From contig CAYUSB010000004.1 in NCBI GenBank assembly GCA_964447205.1, positions 23,586 through 51,798 of the forward strand: DNA of 28,213 nt. Direction: 5' to 3'. The notes below the pieces were generated by a model, which ran no database searches, had not been told where the DNA came from, and saw only the letters and a program-made list of their open reading frames with translations. Source of the stretch: an uncultured Myxococcaceae bacterium (GTDB lineage Bacteria; Myxococcota_A; Polyangia; Polyangiales; Ga0077539). Within the stretch, counting starts at the first letter, position 1. Every line of letters starts with the position of its first letter. Positions 19,458 to 26,072 of this stretch are shown here, one piece after another. A program made the position numbers and the translations under genes.

Positions 19458-20717
19458 CTACAGGGCGGCGCGGTCGAGGTCGAAGAGGGACAGGACGGTT
19501 TTGGTCCCGCGGGCGTCCTTCTTCCAGAGCAGGGCGAGGGTGTCGCCCGCCGCGGAGAGCCCGATGATCCGCGGGGCCCGGTAGGTGCAACACTGGGGGT
19601 CGTCGGCGAGGAGGGTCCGCACGATCTCGGGGCCCGCGTCGCGCCAGAGAAACACGGCGACCCCGTCGGTGATGGCCAGGTCGTCGTGACCGATGCGGGC
19701 GGCCAGGGAGGTCTCCCACAGGAGCTCGTGCTCGAAGCTCCGCATCCCGACCGTCGGGGGCGGAGGCACGCTCTGGCTGTGGGTGTGCCGCGCCGAGCGG
19801 TCGTTGTGGTCGTGGCCGTCGGAGGCGACGCGGGCGATCAGGCCGTCGAGGAAGTCCTGGTCCCAACGGGTGCGGGCCCGGGCCCGGAGAGAGGCGGCCC
19901 GACGCTGCCGGGCGTCGCCCGCCGAGGCGAGGGACACCGCGGGGCCCGGGCCCACCCGAAACCCGTACCGCGGGGCCCCGGCCACCCACATCCCCCGAGG
20001 GGCGGGCGCGAGGGCCAACCCGAAGGGCCAGCGGAGGTGCCCGGACGGAGCCTCGGCCCCTGGCTCGAACCACGACAGGCCGGCGATGAGGCCCGGGTCG
20101 GCGCAGAGCACGTAGAGGGTCCCGTCGTCGCCGAAGGCGTGGGCGTACTGGTCGACGTCGAGGGGCTCGAACCACTGCTCGCGTACGGCCCCGTCGGGCA
20201 GGGCGATGTGCATGAGGGCGCTGCGCTCACCGCTGCCGCAGACCCGCACCACGAGGCCCGACCCGTCCCGGGAGAAGGCCAGGGTCGAGGCCGCCCGCGC
20301 CTGAGCGTTGCGGGTCACGGCCCCGTACTCCGACACCCTGGCCCGGAGGGGGTCGGTCGTGAGGTCGCGGGGGCCGACGTGGATGACCCCGCGGCGCTCC
20401 TGCTCCTCCCACACGAGCTCGGCCACGGCCCACTGTTGGCCGTCCGCCGACCAGGTGACGTGTTGCAGGGGCCTGCGATCGGCGGCGGGCATGGCCACCG
20501 CGGTGGCCCCGTCAGCGAGGGACACGAAGTCGAGCTGTTGTCGGCTCCAGGGTCCGTGCAGGATGGCCGCCGTGGCCCCGTCGGGGGCGAGGGCCACCTC
20601 CCCGCCGTGGGCGATGTCGAGGTTGCTCCGCAGCCGGGCCGCGGGATGCAGGTCGAAGGGGACCTTGGGGCGGGGGGCCATCGGGCCGGGAGGGTACCAT
20701 GGCCCCCGTGGGCGCAT
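19458..20717 (-). CDS. Cytoplasmic beta-propeller-like hypothetical protein, start uncertain
   Basis: Only the C-terminal ~410 codons of the 579-aa track ORF are protein-like (LAFSRDGSGLVVRV, TLYVLCADPG blade-like segments, a DGHDHND His/Asp cluster). The N-terminal part is antisense junk over the next gene. Candidate starts are 20678, 20717 and 20760. The stop lies 14 nt after the convergent PLD stop. Confidence 0.55.
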   Translation of the reverse strand: MRPRGPWYPPGPMAPRPKVPFDLHPAARLRSNLDIAHGGEVALAPDGATAAILHGPWSRQQLDFVSLADGATAVAMPAADRRPLQHVTWSADGQQWAVAELVWEEQERRGVIHVGPRDLTTDPLRARVSEYGAVTRNAQARAASTLAFSRDGSGLVVRVCGSGERSALMHIALPDGAVREQWFEPLDVDQYAHAFGDDGTLYVLCADPGLIAGLSWFEPGAEAPSGHLRWPFGLALAPAPRGMWVAGAPRYGFRVGPGPAVSLASAGDARQRRAASLRARARTRWDQDFLDGLIARVASDGHDHNDRSARHTHSQSVPPPPTVGMRSFEHELLWETSLAARIGHDDLAITDGVAVFLWRDAGPEIVRTLLADDPQCCTYRAPRIIGLSAAGDTLALLWKKDARGTKTVLSLFDLDRAAL

Positions 20718-20828
20718 TGGCAGGTCGTCCGAAGTCCTTGGCGCCCCGCCCGAAGCGCCCATGACCCCGGCGGGGCTATCTCTCTCCCTGCCCACGACGG
20801 GCCCACACCGCACGAGAGATCCCCGACC

Positions 20829-21389
20829 ATGCGCACCCGCTTCGCCATCGCCGCCCGCACCCTGATCGTCAGCCTCGCCGCCCTGTCCTTCCAGGGATGC
20901 GCCCTCAGCCCCGACGAGGCCCTCGACTTCGGCGACGAGACCGTCGCACAGTCGGTGGCCTCCCGGCGTGAGCCCGGCCTCGACGTCACCGTACGCACCA
21001 CCATGGTCCCCACCGGAATCCCCACCTACGGGTACAACCCCCAAAGCCCCGTGATCACGGTGCAGCTCCGGGTGACCGACAGCACCCTGCGGCAGCGTCA
21101 CCCGCGCTTCGATGGGTTCGAGCGGCCCTTCGCCCTCGTGCCGGGGGCGGCGGGAGGGGGCGTGAGGTGGGTGAGGGTTCCGTTGGTGTTTCGGCACACC
21201 ACGCGGACGGGGTACTACGGCCAGACCCCGGTGGACGTGTACGAGCTCGGCCCGAGCCGCCTCGCCGACCTCGCCGACCTCGACAGGGTCGAGTCCCTCG
21301 GGGTGGCCGTCGGCCTCGACACCAACATCGGCACCCTCTGGGCCCAGGACCCGGGACAGAACTACCGCCCCGTTCCGCTCCCCCGCTGA
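20829..21389 (+). CDS. Hypothetical lipoprotein
   Basis: The ATG at 20829 gives MRTRFAIAARTLIVSLAALSFQGC, a signal peptide with Cys at the cleavage region. The product is 186 aa. Its stop TGA overlaps the next ATG (ATGA at 21387-21391). Confidence 0.55.
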   Translation: MRTRFAIAARTLIVSLAALSFQGCALSPDEALDFGDETVAQSVASRREPGLDVTVRTTMVPTGIPTYGYNPQSPVITVQLRVTDSTLRQRHPRFDGFERPFALVPGAAGGGVRWVRVPLVFRHTTRTGYYGQTPVDVYELGPSRLADLADLDRVESLGVAVGLDTNIGTLWAQDPGQNYRPVPLPR

Positions 21390-22174
21390 TGCTCGACGTC
21401 GACGCCGTCCCTGTCTCCGCCTTCGGTCTGGCCGACGACCTGGAGCCCTTCCACTCGGACTGGCACCAGCACCGCCGCCACCAGATCCTGTACGCCTCGG
21501 GCGGCGTCATTGAGCTCCGGGTGGGCGATCGCCGCTGGCTCCTGCCGCCGCAGAAGGCCGCGTGGATCACGGCCGACGTCCTGCACACGGCCTCGTCGCG
21601 TACGGGAGCCCTCCTGCGTACGGTGTACCTCGACCCCGCCCTGGTGACCCGCGGCCCCACGTGGCAGTGCCGGGTGTTCGCGGTGACCCCCCTGGCCCGC
21701 GAAATGCTGCTCGGGGCCATGCGTTGGGGCCCGGAGGGGGCCCGCGACGAGCCCCTGGCCACCGCGTATTTTACCGCCCTCGGGGGCCTCGCCCGGGAGT
21801 GGGCCGAGGACGACCTCGGGCTGCACCTGCCCGTGTCGCGCACCCCCGAGCTGGAGCGGGCCATGCAATGGGCCCTCGACCACCTCGACGAGCCCATCTC
21901 CCTGGAGGGAGCGGCCCGGGCGGCCCGGTCGAGCGTTCGGACATTGGCCCGGCGCTTCGAGGAGGAGGCCCAGACCACCTGGCGGGCGTATGTTCAGACG
22001 GCCCGGATGATCCGGGCGATGGAGCGCCTGGGCGAGCCCGACACCCGCGTAACCGACGTGGCCTTCTCGGTAGGGTTTCGCAGCCATGGGGCCTTCAGCG
22101 AGGCCTTCCGGGCGTTTGTGGGCGAGACCCCGACGGCGTACCGCACCCGGGCTCTCGCGCGCCGCTCCGGGTGA
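21389..22174 (+). CDS. AraC-family transcriptional regulator with N-terminal cupin sensor domain
   Basis: HSDWHQHRRHQILYASGGVIELRVGDRRW cupin segment plus a C-terminal double HTH (VRTLARRFEEEAQTTWRAYVQTARMIRAMERL...VAFSVGFRSHGAFSEAFRAFVGETP). The start is moved to the ATG at 21389. The upstream part of track ORF 21167 is Arg-rich. Confidence 0.85.
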   Translation: MLDVDAVPVSAFGLADDLEPFHSDWHQHRRHQILYASGGVIELRVGDRRWLLPPQKAAWITADVLHTASSRTGALLRTVYLDPALVTRGPTWQCRVFAVTPLAREMLLGAMRWGPEGARDEPLATAYFTALGGLAREWAEDDLGLHLPVSRTPELERAMQWALDHLDEPISLEGAARAARSSVRTLARRFEEEAQTTWRAYVQTARMIRAMERLGEPDTRVTDVAFSVGFRSHGAFSEAFRAFVGETPTAYRTRALARRSG

Positions 22175-22261
22175 AGGCGCCTCCCCCGTCCCCCGACGGG
22201 CAGAACGGTCTGGGGCCTTCTGGACGCCCCGCCCCCCCCCCGGGTAGACGCTGCCTCCGCA

Positions 22262-22538
22262 ATGCAACGAACCCTCCTCTGCGCGGCGGTCCCGGTCCTG
22301 GCCCTCTGCTTCGCCGCCTGCGGCGGCTCGGCCAATTTCGCCCAGTCTCTCAACGCCCTCCTGGTCCCCGGGAGCAGCCCCGAGCCGATGGCCGACGCGC
22401 CCCCCCACAGGCTACGCGGTCCCTCCGCCCGTGACGGCCTCGCCCGCAGGCTACAGCGCGCCCCCGCCCGTGAACGATCCCGGGTTCGAGGCGGAGGCCC
22501 CTCCGCCCGTGGTGAACCCGGGGTCACGCGGTCGTTAG
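22262..22538 (+). CDS. Small Pro-rich lipoprotein interrupted by a frameshift at a C7 homopolymer
   Basis: MQRTLLCAAVPVLALCFAACGGS has lipobox FAAC. After ~45 codons the frame turns Arg-rich, while the +1 frame reads PPTGYAVPPPVTASPAGYSAPPPVNDPGFEAEAPPPVVNP to TAG at 22536-22538. The switch point is the ccccccc run at 22392-22398. Confidence 0.4.
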
Positions 22539-22870
22539 GGGGTCGGTGTCGTCGGAGCCGCGGCAGGGGTCGGGGTCGGGGCAGGGGTCGGGGTGGGAGC
22601 CGCTGCAGGGGCGTCGGCGACGGCTGCAGCTCCGCCGTCTCGCAGGGCCACATTGGGGGGCGGGCCCCCGTACACCGCGGCCACGCCTCCGTGTTGGACG
22701 CGCTCGCACCCGGCGCCGCCGAGGGCCCCGCCGAGGGCCAAGGCTGCGAGTGCTGCTGTGGCGCCCCGAGAGGCCGCAGGACGAGCCGTGTCGGCCTGAC
22801 AGAAGGGACACACGGGATGCGGCCGGATGTGCCGCGCACACCGGGAGCAAGGGGTGAGGGCGTCGCGCAT
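22535..22870 (-). CDS. Small zinc-ribbon / TM / Pro-Thr-tail protein (anti-sigma-factor-like topology)
   Basis: From the ATG at 22870 the product reads MRDALTPCSRCARHIRPHPVCPFCQ, a CxxC-x9-CxxC zinc ribbon. It is followed by a hydrophobic segment ATAALAALALGGALGGAG and a PT-rich tail (APAAAPTPTPAPTPTPAAAPTTPTP). It is the last gene of the minus-strand operon, and its stop overlaps the convergent stop of the preceding + gene. Confidence 0.5.
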   Translation of the reverse strand: MRDALTPCSRCARHIRPHPVCPFCQADTARPAASRGATAALAALALGGALGGAGCERVQHGGVAAVYGGPPPNVALRDGGAAAVADAPAAAPTPTPAPTPTPAAAPTTPTP

Positions 22871-22925
22871 CCAGGGACGGTACAACACCACCGCGGACGG
22901 CTGAAAGAGGCTCCGGGGCCGGGAC

Positions 22926-23378
22926 CTATCCCTCGGGCCGAAACTCCATCGGGACGCTGTACTCCGCCCCGCTCATCACGCCCTCCAGGCGCAGGCCCGT
23001 GAGGCGCCGCTCCAGGCAGCGGAGAAAACTCTCCGCCCCGTCGATGCCCGAGGCGTGTCCCTCCACCACCCGCCCCCCTGGGCCCACCTGGATGCGCAGG
23101 GTGACCGTGCCCTGGAGGTTGGGGTGCTGGCGCCGGGCGACCGTGTAGCAGGTCAGGAAGCCCTCGCGGCGGGCCTCCAGGGCGCGCTGGAGGGGGTCGA
23201 GGGGACTCGAGGCCTCGGGCCGCTCCTCGGGGCTCTCCGCGTCTCCCGCTGGCCGACGCACGGGTCGCTCCTGAAGCTCTGGAGCCGGGCGTTGCGGTCG
23301 GGGTTGTGTCGCACCCCCTGCGCCGATCAGGAGCAGGGCGTACGCCAGAAAGGTGGCGGGCCGTCGCATGGCCCGCAT
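22926..23378 (-). CDS. Small secreted protein with a two-Cys C-terminal domain (TonB-C-like pattern)
   Basis: The ATG at 23378 gives MRAMRRPATFLAYALLLIGAGGATQP (signal peptide), with GAAGGG 6-11 nt upstream. The C-terminal ~75 aa (FLTCYTV..GTVTLRIQVGPGGRVVEGHASG..FLRCLERRL) is similar to the periplasmic tail of the pseudokinase. The start lies 1 nt after the SctJ-like stop. Confidence 0.55.
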   Translation of the reverse strand: MRAMRRPATFLAYALLLIGAGGATQPRPQRPAPELQERPVRRPAGDAESPEERPEASSPLDPLQRALEARREGFLTCYTVARRQHPNLQGTVTLRIQVGPGGRVVEGHASGIDGAESFLRCLERRLTGLRLEGVMSGAEYSVPMEFRPEG

Positions 23379-23379
23379 C

Positions 23380-24129
23380 CTAGCCCTTCGGGCGTGTGGG
23401 CGCAGCCCCACGGGACCTGCGTCGTCGCGACCCCAGGAGGATGGCCCCCGACCCGAGGGCTACGTTGGTCGCGAGGAGCAGGGTGAGGGCGCGGCGGAGG
23501 GGTTCGGCCGAGGCGGGGGCGACGGCGAAGGGGCCCACGTGCAGGAGGCCCGGGGGCGGCGGGGACGGGGCCGCGGTGGTGACGAAGAGCGAGACGTGCT
23601 CGGGGGACAGCCCGCGCACCCCGTCGGCCACGAGGCGACGTACGGCCTCGCGGTCGAGGGGGGAGCCGGGGCGGAGGTGCAGGGCCACCGCGGCCCGCCG
23701 TGGGGGCAGGGCGAGGGGTTCGTCGAGCCGGGGCAGGGGCTCTTCGGGCAGGTGAACCCGGGCCCACAGCACCCCGTTCAGCCGTCGCAGGGTCAGGGCC
23801 AGCTCGTCGCCGAGGGCGCGATCGAGCCGGGCCCTCTCCGCGGCGAGGCCTTCCAACACGGGCCGGGCAGGCGTCTGGGCGAACCCCCCCGGGCTCGGTC
23901 CCTCTGCGCGCAGGGTCTCGACGGCCCGTGCCACCTCCTCGGGGCCGACGGCCACCCGCCACCCGACGCCCCGCGATGAAGCCGCCCGGGAGGCCGAAAC
24001 CCCCGCGGCCTCGAGCCGACCGACTACCCGCAGGCTCTCGGCCTCGTCCACCCCGTCGAGCACGGCCACCTCGCCGCAGCCCGCCCCGAGGGCCCCGAGG
24101 GTCGCGAGGGCTAGAACCCGAAGCCCCAC
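23380..24129 (-). CDS. SctJ/YscJ-FliF family-like ring lipoprotein (orphan)
   Basis: The GTG at 24129 gives (M)GLRVLALATLGALGAGC (lipobox LGAGC). The segment LDGVDEAESLRVVGRLEAAGVSAS...GVGWRVAVGPEEVARAVETLRAEGPSPGGF matches the YscJ_FliF N-terminal domain pattern (LsE.EAn.i...L...gI.a.k....gGw.l.Vpe.d.arA.elLr..GlPr.gf). A second domain and a C-terminal TM (LTLLLATNVALGSGAILLG) with a basic tail follow. The 249-aa size is typical of SctJ. There is no ATG, so a GTG start is assumed. The start lies inside the 3' end of the upstream kinase gene. Confidence 0.55.
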   Translation of the reverse strand: MGLRVLALATLGALGAGCGEVAVLDGVDEAESLRVVGRLEAAGVSASRAASSRGVGWRVAVGPEEVARAVETLRAEGPSPGGFAQTPARPVLEGLAAERARLDRALGDELALTLRRLNGVLWARVHLPEEPLPRLDEPLALPPRRAAVALHLRPGSPLDREAVRRLVADGVRGLSPEHVSLFVTTAAPSPPPPGLLHVGPFAVAPASAEPLRRALTLLLATNVALGSGAILLGSRRRRSRGAAPTRPKG

Positions 24130-25979
24130 GACAGGCCGATGCGGGGCCCCCCGAAGGCCCGCCACGAGAGCGAGCGCACGACGTTGCTCACGCACGATTT
24201 CACCCCCGGCGACCCGTTGGCCACGGTGACCCCCATGGCCCGCCCCGTCCCCGCGATGGCGATGCGCACCTGAACCTGCCGGGCGCTCCCGTCGCCGAGG
24301 CACCCGGCGAAGCGCGACAGGCTGGCGTTGAGGGGGCGGGTGATCTCGGCGTCGTTGAGGGTCCCGCCTCCGGGGCCGCTCCCGCCGAAGTTGTAGTCCA
24401 CGGCCTGGGCCATGGCGGCCTCGTAACTCATGCCCCCGTGGCCGCCTCCGCCGCCTCCGCCGCCGCCCGCGCGCCGGGCCGAGGGGGGAGGCGGGGGCAG
24501 GAGGATGATGCTGGAGGTCTGCACCCGCAGCTCGCCCCGTTGGATGAGCTGGTCGATCTCCGCGGCGCTCCGCTGGCGTTTGGCCCCGGGGCCGACGGTG
24601 ATCCAGTACACCCCCCCGAGGAGCCCGAGAGACAGGACGCTGGCCACGGCCACGATGAGCTTCGACCGGCTGGCCACCCCGTGCTCGGCCAGGGCCTCCT
24701 CGGTGGCGGCCCGGCGCTGGGATCCCTGGCGCTGCTCGCGGGCGGTCTCGACAAACTCGCGGTACTGGGGCCAGTCGAGGAGCTTGCGTTTGTCGGCCGT
24801 GTCCATGTTGGACACGAGGTCGGTCTCGGCCACCTCGCCCCGCACGATGGCCGCGATGAGCTCGCGGGCCGTGAGGGGGCCGTGGTCGAGGCCTCCGTGG
24901 GCGTACATCCAGCGGTCGGCGTCGTCGCGGGTGACGGCCCGCAGGAGGGTCCCGAGGTCGGCGTCGGAGGCCCGCGGGGCCACGAGGTCGGGCGAGGAGG
25001 CCGCCCCCATGGGGTCGACGGAGAGGTCGAACTCCACGGGGATCTCGACCCGGGCCGCCCCGGGGGGCATCGGGGGGGCCCCGGCGAGGTCAAACTCGAC
25101 GGGGATCTCCTCGTCGTCACGGACGGGGGAGACGGCGGGGCCCAGAAGGGCCGCGAAGGCCTGGCGGAAGGCTCCGACGGAGGGGAAGCGGTCGACGGCC
25201 TTGGGGGCGAGGCAGTTGTCGAGGATGGCGTCGAATGCGGCGGGCAGGTCGGGGTTGAGCGACGAGGGGGCCACCTCGGGATTGGGGCGGCGCCCCGTGA
25301 CGAGCTCGTGCAGGACCACCCCGAGGGAGTACACGTCGCTCTGGGCGCTCGGCATGGCCCCGTTGCGCACCTCGGGGGCGACGTAGTGGCCCGGGACGGC
25401 GTTGGACACCACCAGGGGGGTGAGGAGCCCGAGCCCGGCCAGGCGCACCCGCTCGCCCTCGATGCGCACGAGGCTCGGGGCCACCCCTCCGTGGGCCATC
25501 GTGCGGTGCACGATCCCGAGGAGGTAGGCCACCCGGTCGACGTAGGGGAAGGCCTCTTCGAGGGTGTAGTAGGCCCCGGCCCGGCGCAGGACCTCGAGGC
25601 GGTCGCTCAGGGCCACCTCGCCGAGGGGCTCGGTGGCCACGCACAGGGCGGAGCCTTCGGGGTGGGGCAGGACGAAGGTGCCGAAGGGGGCCACGAGGTC
25701 GCGGTGGGCGATCGGGGCCGCCGCCCGAACGGCCCGGCGGGTCATCTCGAGCTGGGCGTCGGTGAGGGCCCCGGGGGCCATCGACCACACGGCGATGGGG
25801 CGCCCGGTCTTCTGGTCGGTGGCGTGAAAGATGTCGATGTCGCCGAGGCGTTGGGCGTGGCGGTCGACCTGGAAGCGCCCGCCGATGACGGTCCCGGTCT
25901 GGACAGAGGCCGCGGTGGGCGTCGGGGTGGCGGGCGGAGCGGGAGAGGCCATTGGGGGGGCGCAGGATGGTACCTGCAT
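24111..25979 (-). CDS. Bitopic transmembrane pseudokinase (Ser/Thr-kinase fold, degenerate catalytic motifs) with periplasmic two-Cys domain
   Basis: Only the C-terminal 623 codons of the 1175-aa track ORF are real; the rest is antisense to glyS. The kinase fold is recognisable (IGGRFQV Gly-loop remnant, YVAPEV, SDVYSLGVVLHELVTG). However the VAIK Lys is replaced (IAVWSM), the catalytic loop reads HRTMAHGGVAPS instead of HRDxKxxN, and DFG reads GLG. A duplicated EIPVEFDL motif, a TM helix (LIVAVASVLSLGLLGGVYWITV), a poly-Gly linker and a C-terminal domain with 2 Cys follow. The product ends WGFGF. Confidence 0.75.
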   Translation of the reverse strand: MQVPSCAPPMASPAPPATPTPTAASVQTGTVIGGRFQVDRHAQRLGDIDIFHATDQKTGRPIAVWSMAPGALTDAQLEMTRRAVRAAAPIAHRDLVAPFGTFVLPHPEGSALCVATEPLGEVALSDRLEVLRRAGAYYTLEEAFPYVDRVAYLLGIVHRTMAHGGVAPSLVRIEGERVRLAGLGLLTPLVVSNAVPGHYVAPEVRNGAMPSAQSDVYSLGVVLHELVTGRRPNPEVAPSSLNPDLPAAFDAILDNCLAPKAVDRFPSVGAFRQAFAALLGPAVSPVRDDEEIPVEFDLAGAPPMPPGAARVEIPVEFDLSVDPMGAASSPDLVAPRASDADLGTLLRAVTRDDADRWMYAHGGLDHGPLTARELIAAIVRGEVAETDLVSNMDTADKRKLLDWPQYREFVETAREQRQGSQRRAATEEALAEHGVASRSKLIVAVASVLSLGLLGGVYWITVGPGAKRQRSAAEIDQLIQRGELRVQTSSIILLPPPPPSARRAGGGGGGGGGHGGMSYEAAMAQAVDYNFGGSGPGGGTLNDAEITRPLNASLSRFAGCLGDGSARQVQVRIAIAGTGRAMGVTVANGSPGVKSCVSNVVRSLSWRAFGGPRIGLSWGFGF

Positions 25980-26072
25980 CCGTCGGGGCGCAGCAAGGGT
26001 GCAGCGCGCGGGTGGCTTTACGCGCCGCGGCGGGGCTGCTACCAGTGCCGACCTGCGAGGGATAGAGAGCGA
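25980..26072. promoter_or_regulatory. Divergent intergenic region between the pseudokinase operon and glyS
   Basis: 93-bp gap between divergent start codons (25979 on the minus strand, 26073 on the plus strand). Confidence 0.3.

Noticed and set aside
19686-20828. Upstream 380 codons of plus ORF 19686..21389 and minus ORF 19396..20175
   Set aside because: Arg/Gly/Pro-rich. The real lipoprotein starts at the ATG at 20829 with a signal peptide. The opposite strand carries the beta-propeller gene.
25700-25760. HRDL tetrapeptide early in the pseudokinase (…APIAHRDLVAPFG…) as possible catalytic loop
   Set aside because: It lies only ~55 residues after the Gly-loop remnant, too early for subdomain VIb. 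The correctly spaced catalytic-loop position reads HRTMAHGGVAPS, so the pseudokinase call stands.
23700-26072. First 790 codons of the 1501-aa plus ORF that ends as glyS
   Set aside because: Arg/Pro/Gly-rich with no homology. GlyS homology begins exactly at the ATG at 26073. The region is occupied by minus-strand operon genes.
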